Source of the DNA: a virus
Taxonomy: Duplodnaviria > Caudoviricetes
Length of the DNA: 33,200 nt
Virus record (IMG/VR): IMGVR_UViG_3300032232_000235
Location: 1 to 33,200 of that record
Reading direction: 5' to 3' (one strand)
The notes beneath the pieces are model-generated. The model made no database searches. It was not told the origin of the DNA and was given only the letters and a program-made list of their open reading frames with translations. Below, in pieces: positions 1-7,452 of this stretch. The translations under genes were made by a program, and so were the position numbers. The first letter of the stretch is position 1. Every line of letters begins with the position of its first letter.

Positions 1-956
1 GTAAGACAGCCATGTTTGAGCGTCTAGTAGCAAAGACAGGGTTCAAGGGTATCTATATCGACACACCGAACACAGAGTTGGGTGACATTGGTATCCCAAT
101 GCCTAACCATGAGACTAAGACTACTGCTCTCTATCCCAATGAGAACTGGGGTTTCCATTTACAGCAAGCGTGCATGATATTCATTGACGAGTTCACTAAG
201 CCTTCATCAATGGCGGTTCAGAATATGTTGCACCCATTGCTCAACGAGAGACGCATTGGTGGATTTAATTTGCACCCTGACTCTATCGTAGTAACGGCGG
301 GTAACAATTCAACTGATGGTGTAGGCGACATGCTCAAAGCGCATAGCCTTAACCGTATCACGATATTGCCAGTACGCAAGCCAACTGCTGAAGAGTGGAT
401 TCATTGGGGCGCAGGTAGTGGTATCGCGGCAGAGGCATTGGCATGGGTGAAAGCGTACCCACACGCATTGGCATCTTACAAGCACGCGGGGCAAGAAGAG
501 AATCCCTACATCTTCAATCCCAAGATTCCACAGCGTTCGTTTGTATCTCCACGCTCATTGCACCGCGCATCTAACATCTTGTTGAAGCGTCACCTCATTA
601 CTCGCAATGCTTTGATAGCAGGCTTGACTGGTTCTATCGGTGAAGCAGGGGCAAGAGACATGTTGGCTTATGTAGAAGTAGCAGACTCATTACCTACATG
701 GCAAGAAGTAATCGACGATCCGAAGGGTTGCAAGTTACCGAGTTCTCCTGCGGCTTTAAACATCATGGCTTATGGTGCTATGCAACGGATAGATCGCGCC
801 AACATTAGCAAGTGGTTTGAGTACTTGAAGCGTACACCGAAAGAATTGCAGAGCGTGTTCTGCTTGTCAACAAGCAAGCACCCTGAGAAGAAGCAGATCC
901 TCATGACAAGCGGTGCGTTTGTCACTTGGATGCGCGAGAACCAATACTTATTCTAA
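1..956 (+). CDS. MoxR/CbbQ-like AAA+ ATPase, 5'-truncated by the window edge
   Basis: The frame is open upstream of the ATG at 12: nt 1-11 read (G)-K-T-A, the end of Walker A. Walker B IFIDEF, NMLHPLLNERRIG, sensor-1 VTAGN, arginine finger SLNRI, sensor-2 SPRS. Confidence 0.9.
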   Translation, partial: KTAMFERLVAKTGFKGIYIDTPNTELGDIGIPMPNHETKTTALYPNENWGFHLQQACMIFIDEFTKPSSMAVQNMLHPLLNERRIGGFNLHPDSIVVTAGNNSTDGVGDMLKAHSLNRITILPVRKPTAEEWIHWGAGSGIAAEALAWVKAYPHALASYKHAGQEENPYIFNPKIPQRSFVSPRSLHRASNILLKRHLITRNALIAGLTGSIGEAGARDMLAYVEVADSLPTWQEVIDDPKGCKLPSSPAALNIMAYGAMQRIDRANISKWFEYLKRTPKELQSVFCLSTSKHPEKKQILMTSGAFVTWMRENQYLF

Positions 957-965
957 GGAGATGGT

Positions 966-1091
966 ATGACACCGACGCAACTTTACGATCTGCTTGAGAA
1001 GGCAGGTGTCGAATACGCAATCGTGGAGATATTTGAAGGGGTTCGTATTTTAAGTATTGAAGTAAACGACGATAAGGAGGAAACCGAATGA
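966..1091 (+). CDS. Small hypothetical protein (41 aa, MTPTQLYDLLEKAGVEY...), not in the ORF track
   Basis: AAGGAG RBS at 955-960; stop overlaps the next start as ATGA (1088-1091); fills the gap exactly. Confidence 0.75.
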   Translation: MTPTQLYDLLEKAGVEYAIVEIFEGVRILSIEVNDDKEETE

Positions 1092-1282
1092 CGATCGACT
1101 CTAGACTTTATTTTATTGTGATGACGATTTGTGCCTGTGGCTTTGTTGGGCTAGGCATATACACGGAGGGCTACCTATCCAAGATCGCGATCTTAGCGGG
1201 TGGGTTGTACTTTGGTCACCTCATCACGGAGGCACTTAACTACGACGAAACGAAAGGAGACTTATATGCATGTAACGAATAA
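1088..1282 (+). CDS. Small membrane protein with two hydrophobic segments
   Basis: AAGGAGG RBS; hydrophobic stretches LYFIVMTICACGFVGLGIY and IAILAGGLYFGHLI. Confidence 0.75.
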   Translation: MTIDSRLYFIVMTICACGFVGLGIYTEGYLSKIAILAGGLYFGHLITEALNYDETKGDLYACNE

Positions 1283-1502
1283 GGAAATGCGTGAGATCAA
1301 AGAGTTAAAGAACAAAGTGGGACAACTCTTGGAAGGGGCTAACGGCTCTATGTTTATGTGTGTTCTCACTAGCCTGATAGGAGATGCAGGTGTGCAATGG
1401 CGCGAGGGTACACCCAAGCGTGAGTTCATTGCTGAAACTGTAGAAGCAATCAGCATGTGGTACGACTGGTATTTAAAAGAAGCGGAGGAAGATGATGAGT
1501 AA
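1266..1502 (+). CDS. Hypothetical protein (78 aa; start revised from 1200 to 1266)
   Basis: AAGGAGA RBS at 1254-1260 precedes ATG 1266; in frame with the track ORF. Confidence 0.7.
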   Translation: MHVTNKEMREIKELKNKVGQLLEGANGSMFMCVLTSLIGDAGVQWREGTPKREFIAETVEAISMWYDWYLKEAEEDDE

Positions 1503-1635
1503 GAAAGATTTTGTAATGGCATGGCTACTCGCCTCACAAGCGGGTGGCAGACTCACGGAATATACGGACAGCCTTATAGATCAGGCTGAAGAAATATGGG
1601 AACTAATGGAGAAAAGATATGAAATTAACGGCTGA
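1492..1635 (+). CDS. Small hypothetical protein (47 aa, MMSKKDFVMAWLLASQAGG...), not in the ORF track
   Basis: GGAGG RBS immediately upstream; overlaps both neighbours and fills the gap. Confidence 0.65.
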   Translation: MMSKKDFVMAWLLASQAGGRLTEYTDSLIDQAEEIWELMEKRYEING

Positions 1636-2881
1636 ACAACGCATAGAGCGTGCGCATGTACGACTCATGCAAAACCCTGACTTCTGTTTATTCTCAGGAG
1701 TATTCATGGTGGGTAAGGTTACTGTATCGGAGAAGTGTAAGTCTGCGCGTACCAACGGGCGAGATGTAGAGTACGGGCGCGGGTTCGTAGATATGCTCAA
1801 CGACAAGCAACTTGCCTTCCTTGTTGTGCATGAAGCAATGCACAAAGCCTATCGCCACATGACGGTGTGGAAACATCTGCCCGATAAGCAAGTAGCAAAC
1901 TGGGCTATGGACTTTGTTATCAACTTACAGATACGCGACACCGACCCTAGCGAGACTGAGGTTGCTATGCCACGCGACCCCCAGACTGGTAAGTTGATCG
2001 GTTTGATTGACGAGAAGTATCGCGGTATGGATACCAAGCAAGTCTACGACCTACTCATTGAAGAGGGCGAAGGTGGCGAGGGTGATGATGGTGAGTGCGA
2101 AGGTGACGGAGATGATGGGATCGGTCATTCCTCTCCTGACGGTGGACAAACTTCCAATCCGAAAGTATGTCCTGATCAACTTGACGAGCACGACTGGCAA
2201 GGCGCACGCGAACTGACTCAGGTAGAAGTAGAAGAGTTGGAACGCGAGATCGATTCAGCGTTGCGTGAAGGTTCAATGCTTGCGGGAAAGATGAAAGGCA
2301 AAGTCCCACGCGGTATTGAAGAGATCCTTCACCCCAAGGTTGACTGGCGCGAAGCGTTGCGTGAATTCATCAAGACTGCTACACGCGGTGGCGATCAATC
2401 CACATGGCGCAGACCCAATCGTCGCTATCTTGCAAGCGGAATCATTATGCCAAGCGCAGAGACTCACAGAGCCGAGTGTATTGCTATCGGGATAGACACA
2501 TCAGGTTCTATTGGTGGTCCCGAACTTGGTAGGTTTCTCGGAGAGATGAAATCAATCTGTGATGAGGTAGCACCAGAGAAGATCGAGTTGATGTATTGGG
2601 ATAGCCATGTCGCGGGTCATGAGACTTACTCAGGTGGCGAGTTGCAAAACATTGCATCACTTACACAACCCAAAGGCGGTGGTGGTACTGAACCCGCTTG
2701 TGTTCCCGCGTACATGCAGAAGATGCGCATCACACCTCAATGCACAGTAATGCTAACTGATGGTTACTTTTATGGAGGAGGTTGTGGCGACTGGTCATCA
2801 AGCAACGCGCCAGTCTTATGGTGTGTGGTAGGCAACAAGAACTTTGTTCCTACTGTTGGTCAATCTGTTTTAGTGGAGTAA
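1619..2881 (+). CDS. Metallopeptidase-like + VWA domain protein (DUF2201-type), partner of the AAA+ ATPase
   Basis: HEAMH (HExxH) followed by NWAMDFVIN; acidic Gly-rich linker; STWRRPNRR; MIDAS elements DTSGS, GGGT and TDG. Confidence 0.9.
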   Translation: MKLTAEQRIERAHVRLMQNPDFCLFSGVFMVGKVTVSEKCKSARTNGRDVEYGRGFVDMLNDKQLAFLVVHEAMHKAYRHMTVWKHLPDKQVANWAMDFVINLQIRDTDPSETEVAMPRDPQTGKLIGLIDEKYRGMDTKQVYDLLIEEGEGGEGDDGECEGDGDDGIGHSSPDGGQTSNPKVCPDQLDEHDWQGARELTQVEVEELEREIDSALREGSMLAGKMKGKVPRGIEEILHPKVDWREALREFIKTATRGGDQSTWRRPNRRYLASGIIMPSAETHRAECIAIGIDTSGSIGGPELGRFLGEMKSICDEVAPEKIELMYWDSHVAGHETYSGGELQNIASLTQPKGGGGTEPACVPAYMQKMRITPQCTVMLTDGYFYGGGCGDWSSSNAPVLWCVVGNKNFVPTVGQSVLVE

Positions 2882-2883
2882 GT

Positions 2884-3054
2884 ATGGAGAAAGGAGATAG
2901 ACGCACGCTAAGCGTAAACGCAGTAGCGTATGAGTACTTGAAAGTTATACAAACAAGGCTTGAGGGGGAGATTGGTTTTAAGCCATCAATGTCTCAGGTG
3001 ATTGTGTATCTTGCAAGCAAAGTGGACACCTATAAATCAATGGAGGAAGTATGA
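2884..3054 (+). CDS. Small putative DNA-binding protein, ribbon-helix-helix-like (56 aa; start revised to 2884)
   Basis: GGAG RBS; beta-strand RTLSV, then helix AYEYLKVIQ and second helix SMSQVIVYL; ATGA overlap with the next gene. Confidence 0.6.
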   Translation: MEKGDRRTLSVNAVAYEYLKVIQTRLEGEIGFKPSMSQVIVYLASKVDTYKSMEEV

Positions 3055-3923
3055 CGACAGAAAGCATAAGCATTGCAACAAGTGCAATGATGGTGGAACT
3101 AAACATCTCATGTTGGACAGCACGCAAACTCGACAAGCGTGTATCAGAGGAAGTGGACTCAGCGAAGAACACGAAGGTTAAGGCTGGCAACTACCACAAG
3201 CATTTGCTTGCAGGGAACCCACACCACGAAGCCGTGATCCGTTACGCGGCATCATCTCGCTTGTGGAATACCAAACAGACTATCCCTTGGTCTGACTCAG
3301 GTCCTCGCATTGTCACTATGGAAAACTTATTCAACGGCGGGTACAAGCGCACGCTTGACGAGAGGAAAGCAGAGTTTGAACGCTTAGTTGATGTGTTTAT
3401 AAATGTGTACCCTACGCTGATATCAGCGGGTGCATTCCAACTCGGTGACTTGTTCGATCGTGAAGAGTATCCCGCACCCGAAGAACTCGCTAAGAAGTTT
3501 CGCTTTACCTACACGCTAACCCCGATCCCAACGGCAGGTGACTTCCGTATCGAGATAGGCGAGCAAGCGAAGGCAGAACTGGTAGCACAGTATGAGACTG
3601 CATTCAACGAGCGACTCAACCATGCCATGCGTGATGTGTGGCAACGACTGTACGAATGCTTGACTCACATGAGCGAGCGCCTGTCGAGTGATGACGAAGG
3701 CAAACGCAAAGTGTTTCACGGCACGATACTCACCAATGCACACGAGTTGGTTAACTTGTTGAGCCGACTCAACATTACTAACGATCCCAAGTTAGAGCAA
3801 GCGAGACGCGAGTTAAGCGCAGCGCTTACGCATACTGATCTTGATACTCTGAAAGAGAGTGATTACATTCGCGAGAATGTGAAAGCCAAGGTTGACGATA
3901 TTCTTAAACGCTTTGAATGGTAA
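3051..3923 (+). CDS. Conserved helical phage protein, DUF3150-like
   Basis: N-terminal VELNISCWTARKLD, central YP..EEL..KF.F.Y, long coiled coil and LNITNDPKL; sits next to the AAA/VWA genes as this family typically does. Family call from memory. Confidence 0.6.
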   Translation: MTTESISIATSAMMVELNISCWTARKLDKRVSEEVDSAKNTKVKAGNYHKHLLAGNPHHEAVIRYAASSRLWNTKQTIPWSDSGPRIVTMENLFNGGYKRTLDERKAEFERLVDVFINVYPTLISAGAFQLGDLFDREEYPAPEELAKKFRFTYTLTPIPTAGDFRIEIGEQAKAELVAQYETAFNERLNHAMRDVWQRLYECLTHMSERLSSDDEGKRKVFHGTILTNAHELVNLLSRLNITNDPKLEQARRELSAALTHTDLDTLKESDYIRENVKAKVDDILKRFEW

Positions 3924-3933
3924 GGAGATAGAT

Positions 3934-4161
3934 ATGAAAGTAGAAATGGGTGGAGACAAACTCCAACAAGTATCGGGGCAGATCATTGATGTGATGCGTA
4001 AGGCAGAACTGAAACCTGACGAGGTGCTGAACATCTTGATAAACATACTGGCGCGATCGTCAATCATTACTTGCGTAGAGAAGGAAGAGATTGTCGGTGG
4101 GCTAGCGTTAGCCTACGACATGCACCTCTCGCAAGAGAACAGTAACGAGACATTGAACTGA
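3934..4161 (+). CDS. Hypothetical protein (75 aa; start revised to 3934)
   Basis: TAAGGAG RBS overlapping the previous stop; ATG at 3934. Confidence 0.7.
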   Translation: MKVEMGGDKLQQVSGQIIDVMRKAELKPDEVLNILINILARSSIITCVEKEEIVGGLALAYDMHLSQENSNETLN

Positions 4162-4170
4162 AAGGAATTT

Positions 4171-5055
4171 ATGAGCGAACCTATGGACTTCACAAAACTA
4201 CCATACAAGTACGACCCGAAAGGCAGACACGAGTATGGCATTCACCCTGACTTGCATATCATGCTGTGTGACCTCACTATCAAGTTACCAAAGATTGCAT
4301 TCGAATCCAGCGCCGTGTCGCTTCACCGTAAAGCCGATGGTAGTCATGGCGACCGTGTGATAGGCGAGGTAATCGTATACAACAACGAGGAGAAGATCGG
4401 CAAGATCAGCATACAGCAAGACTATATAGATGGTAAGTACATAAATGTGTATCAACTCGACTCGCCTAGGATTCAACAACAACGCGGTATGCGTAACCGA
4501 AAGAAAACGAAGCACTACAAAATTGCATTGAGGAGTGCGCTAGATGCGTTCAAGGAATTCCCGCCTGACGAGGTAGCCAAGACTATGATTACTGACACAG
4601 GTTACCGAATGAGCGCTCTGCGACAGAATGCAAATAGTCAAGTTACTTCATGCGTGAACACAACTGTAGTCGCGGCTTCCCTACTACAGTACCTAGTAGA
4701 TGTAGAAGAAAACGGACCGCAAGAGTTACCGCCTATCATGATTGACTCTAAGTGGCGAGATCACCTATCGACATACAAGATTGTTGATAGCGTGTTTAGA
4801 GCATGGGAGAACAGAACTGGCATTCTAGTTAAACTTCTACCGAGTGGGGTTATGACGGTGGTGGACTTGACAATCGGAGAAGTGGTGATGGTGACATCTA
4901 ATACTTACGATTTGCCTGTAGAGTATCAAGAGAAGTTAGCCATACTCAAGATCATGGAAAATAACCAAGCGATCGAAGGCATGGGTGTTAAGGTAGAAGA
5001 TACTCACATACCACACATCTACATGACTGCGGGGGCTATAGAGACCACTTGCTAA
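4171..5055 (+). CDS. Hypothetical phage protein (294 aa)
   Basis: Long ORF with AAAGGA RBS; last gene before the terminators; no motif recognised. Confidence 0.8.
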   Translation: MSEPMDFTKLPYKYDPKGRHEYGIHPDLHIMLCDLTIKLPKIAFESSAVSLHRKADGSHGDRVIGEVIVYNNEEKIGKISIQQDYIDGKYINVYQLDSPRIQQQRGMRNRKKTKHYKIALRSALDAFKEFPPDEVAKTMITDTGYRMSALRQNANSQVTSCVNTTVVAASLLQYLVDVEENGPQELPPIMIDSKWRDHLSTYKIVDSVFRAWENRTGILVKLLPSGVMTVVDLTIGEVVMVTSNTYDLPVEYQEKLAILKIMENNQAIEGMGVKVEDTHIPHIYMTAGAIETTC

Positions 5056-5076
5056 CATAGTTAAACCTTAACTACT

Positions 5077-5114
5077 AGGGACATACTTTCAAATCGAAAG
5101 TATGTCCTTTTTTT
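5077..5114 (+). terminator. Intrinsic terminator 1
   Basis: 12-bp perfect stem GGACATACTTTC/GAAAGTATGTCC, 5-nt loop AAATC, followed by T7. Confidence 0.85.
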
Positions 5115-5115
5115 C

Positions 5116-5142
5116 GCCCGACCTATTGTGTCGGGCTTTTTT
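5116..5142 (+). terminator. Intrinsic terminator 2, in tandem
   Basis: 7-bp GC-rich stem GCCCGAC/GTCGGGC, 7-nt loop, followed by T6. Confidence 0.8.
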
Positions 5143-5154
5143 ATGTGCTATACT
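5126..5154 (+). promoter_or_regulatory. Sigma70-type promoter with extended -10
   Basis: TTGTGT (5126-5131), 17-nt spacer, TG-n-TATACT (-10 at 5149-5154); AGGAG RBS downstream. Confidence 0.65.
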
Positions 5155-5185
5155 GTGTCAACAATAAATAACTAGGAGTGAGTAC

Positions 5186-5482
5186 ATGGCTATGACACCC
5201 GAGGCTAAAGTTAAGAGTAGAGCAAAAGAGATACTCGACAAGTTAGGTGCATACTATTTCATGCCCGCTACTGGTGGGTATGGACGTAGTGGAATCCCTG
5301 ATATCGTAGGTTGCCTTAATGGTGTATTCTTTGCGATCGAATGCAAAGCGGGTAAGGGAATCCCTACTGCGCTACAAGAACGAGAGATAAACAAAATTAG
5401 AAATGCTGGAGGGCACGCATGGTTAGTAAACGAGAACAACGTCAACGAACTGTTTGAGTTGATGAGCGAGTTGTCCTTGTGA
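5186..5482 (+). CDS. VRR-NUC domain nuclease (Holliday junction resolvase-like)
   Basis: TPEAKVK, GYGRSGIPDIVGC, FFAIECKAG and TALQERE motifs (PD-(D/E)XK). Confidence 0.9.
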   Translation: MAMTPEAKVKSRAKEILDKLGAYYFMPATGGYGRSGIPDIVGCLNGVFFAIECKAGKGIPTALQEREINKIRNAGGHAWLVNENNVNELFELMSELSL

Positions 5483-5643
5483 CCCCCACAATGACCGTTC
5501 CCCACGAAGGTGCCACTAACAGTCGTGGTACGCCAGTTTTTGACTGGCCTTTCCCTACGCACCCACTAAAAGCTTGGACTAAGAAACAAGAAGAGCAATA
5601 CCAACAACAGCAGAGAAACAAACTACCCGAGGCACCACTATGA
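5479..5643 (+). CDS. Small hypothetical protein (54 aa, ...DWPFPTHP...KLPEAPL), not in the ORF track
   Basis: GTGA overlap with the VRR-NUC stop (alternative ATG at 5491) and ATGA overlap with the next gene; open frame fills the gap exactly. Confidence 0.65.
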   Translation: MTPTMTVPHEGATNSRGTPVFDWPFPTHPLKAWTKKQEEQYQQQQRNKLPEAPL

Positions 5644-5879
5644 CACACGAAGAACAGATCGTTAAGTTGACAGAGATGTTAGAGATACAACAAAAGTTGC
5701 ATGAAACAGCGATAGATATGCTTAAGCCTGCAATAGAAGCAGAGCGTGAGGCGTGTGCAAAGTTATTAGAAACAACAGACTTAAGTGGACTAAAAGATAA
5801 CCCAGCAATACAGAGTTGGGTTGTAGAAATGTTGTTGGCTTATGTCAAAGCAATCAGAGCAAGGGGAGAAAACAAATGA
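5640..5879 (+). CDS. Small hypothetical protein, EREACAK...AIRARG module
   Basis: ATGA-coupled at both ends; shares motifs with the next gene. Confidence 0.75.
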   Translation: MTHEEQIVKLTEMLEIQQKLHETAIDMLKPAIEAEREACAKLLETTDLSGLKDNPAIQSWVVEMLLAYVKAIRARGENK

Positions 5880-6039
5880 CACAAGATGAAATCATTGAGA
5901 TGGCTAGACAGGCTGGCGGCATAGACATGACAAACACACTTGCAGGAAACTTTACTGCTTGGATTGGCACAGGAACTCCTGAGTTCCTTGAACGCTTTGC
6001 CAAACTGGTAGCAGAGAAAGAGCGTGAGGCGTGTGCAAA
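5741..6039 (+). repeat. Exact 21-nt direct repeat AGAGCGTGAGGCGTGTGCAAA (5741-5761 and 6019-6039)
   Basis: Read directly; encodes EREACAK in adjacent genes. Confidence 0.95.
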
Positions 6040-6151
6040 AGAAGCAGATAAACGATTGTATGACTTCACCATGCTTACCTCCAACCCTCCACAAAATGGT
6101 TCGGCATGGAGTATTGCATCCGCAATCAGAGCAAGAGGAGAAAAAACATGA
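5850..6151 (+). repeat. 30-nt direct repeat GCAATCAGAGCAAG[G/A]GGAGAAAAnAnATGA (5850-5879 and 6122-6151)
   Basis: 27/30 identical; encodes AIRARGE and also contains the next gene's GGAG RBS and the ATGA junction. Confidence 0.95.
5876..6151 (+). CDS. Small hypothetical protein, MTQDEIIEMARQAG...LERFAKLVAEKEREACAK...AIRARG (start revised to 5876)
   Basis: GGGGAG RBS and ATGA overlap at 5876-5879. Confidence 0.8.
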   Translation: MTQDEIIEMARQAGGIDMTNTLAGNFTAWIGTGTPEFLERFAKLVAEKEREACAKEADKRLYDFTMLTSNPPQNGSAWSIASAIRARGEKT

Positions 6152-6327
6152 TGGAAAGTAGAGAGAAATTTATAGAAGTCGCAAAGAACAACAGCCTGTA
6201 CTGGGCGGAGCGGTCTTATGAAGCTAACGGTGAATGTGACCTCATGTATACCATGCTCTTGCAGTGGGCTATGGGTGACGAACTGTTTGGAGAACAGTGG
6301 GACAACTGGGAAAGGAAACAAGCATGA
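6148..6327 (+). CDS. Small hypothetical protein (59 aa; start revised to 6148)
   Basis: GAGGAG RBS; ATGA overlaps at both ends. Confidence 0.7.
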   Translation: MMESREKFIEVAKNNSLYWAERSYEANGECDLMYTMLLQWAMGDELFGEQWDNWERKQA

Positions 6328-6572
6328 CTAAATTAACAGGAGCCGCCCTTGACCGAGCCGTAGCCAATGCTATGGGACTTAAAAGCGTAAACAACTGTGA
6401 ACAATGGGGGAAAGAAATGACTGAAGAAGACGATGACATCCAAGATTACAAGAAGCCTTGGGTTGGGTTGACGGATGAGGAAAGATTGGAAGTGGGAAAG
6501 CAAACTATGCTAAGTGGTCTTGATGCATTCGCCAAAGCCATTGAAGCCAAACTAAAGGAAAAAAACACATGA
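6324..6572 (+). CDS. Small chimeric protein: DUF2591/NinX-like N-terminal fragment + WVGLTDEE...AIEAKLKEKN module (start revised to 6324; internal ATG at 6418)
   Basis: AAAGGA RBS and ATGA overlap; LTGAALDRAVANAMG resembles the DUF2591 N-terminus. Confidence 0.65.
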   Translation: MTKLTGAALDRAVANAMGLKSVNNCEQWGKEMTEEDDDIQDYKKPWVGLTDEERLEVGKQTMLSGLDAFAKAIEAKLKEKNT

Positions 6573-6781
6573 CTAAACGAGAAACATTGGTGGCCTTTCT
6601 TAGAGATATGTTGCGTCCAAGAACATTGGAAGAACTTATTGATATCGAGATGCGAGATGCGTACCTATCAAAGATGCACGCGGAGAAGTCTCTTGAGTAC
6701 GCTACTAGCGTAGTCGAATACAACCGTCAGCGCATCCGTCGCCTTGAAGAAAAATTAAAAGAGATAGGAAGTAGCAAATGA
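6569..6781 (+). CDS. Small coiled-coil hypothetical protein
   Basis: AAAGGA RBS; ATGA-coupled at both ends. Confidence 0.75.
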   Translation: MTKRETLVAFLRDMLRPRTLEELIDIEMRDAYLSKMHAEKSLEYATSVVEYNRQRIRRLEEKLKEIGSSK

Positions 6782-7095
6782 CACCCGAAGATGAAGAGTT
6801 CACACGCATCGAGATGGAGTCTCGAGTTAAGCAAGAGTATGTGCGGTCTATGAACCGCAAGCGTCAGATCGCCGAACCACGAGATGCCGTAGTTCACTTG
6901 ATGGACGAGTTAGCCATAGCAAGGATTGCTGTCAGAGAACTAGGTGATAGGCTCTCAAAGGTAGAGAAAAGCAACATCCAAGTTAGAAACGATACGCTAG
7001 AAGAAGCGATAAAAGAAGTAGAGTATCTTGCCGTTGTTTTAGGTGTAGATACAGTGCATGTTTTTATGACTTTGTTAAGGAGTATGAAAGAATGA
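6778..7095 (+). CDS. Hypothetical protein (105 aa)
   Basis: ATGA-coupled at both ends; AGGA RBS. Confidence 0.75.
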   Translation: MTPEDEEFTRIEMESRVKQEYVRSMNRKRQIAEPRDAVVHLMDELAIARIAVRELGDRLSKVEKSNIQVRNDTLEEAIKEVEYLAVVLGVDTVHVFMTLLRSMKE

Positions 7096-7442
7096 TAGAC
7101 GTACTATTGAGGGATCAGATTGCTATGGCGGCTATGCAAGCAATGTTGATACGAGGAGATACAGAGGGCGTAGCAGAAGAAGCTTACCTACAAGCAGACA
7201 GGATGCTTGAAGCAAAAGTCAAAGCCCCTGCAAGTGATTGGTTAAGGGAAGACCCCGCAATTTATTTAGAACTACCAAGAAGAGTAGCAAACGCAGTCAG
7301 AGCACAACACATCTTAACTATGGAGGACTTATTGGATACGAGAGCGTATTTTTGGTTAAACCGAGTGCCCAACATGGGCGCAATGTCAGCAAAGCAACTA
7401 TTCACCGCATTGGAAAATCGCGGTCTTAAACTTAAATCTTAA
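7092..7442 (+). CDS. Phage helical module fused to an RNA polymerase alpha-subunit C-terminal domain homologue
   Basis: LELPRRVANAVRAQHILTMEDLL...VPNMGAMSAKQL...LENRGLKL aligns with RpoA-CTD [23 protein letters not shown]...TPNLGKKSLTEI...LASRGLSL; N-terminal LRDQIAMAAMQAM...AYLQADRML is a common phage module. Confidence 0.85.
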   Translation: MIDVLLRDQIAMAAMQAMLIRGDTEGVAEEAYLQADRMLEAKVKAPASDWLREDPAIYLELPRRVANAVRAQHILTMEDLLDTRAYFWLNRVPNMGAMSAKQLFTALENRGLKLKS

Positions 7443-7452
7443 AGAGGAAAAT

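Noticed and set aside
5741-6151. Direct repeats as a CRISPR array or DGR template/variable repeat pair
   Set aside because: Only two copies each, inside coding frames about 275 nt apart, with unrelated sequence between them; no reverse transcriptase in the window.
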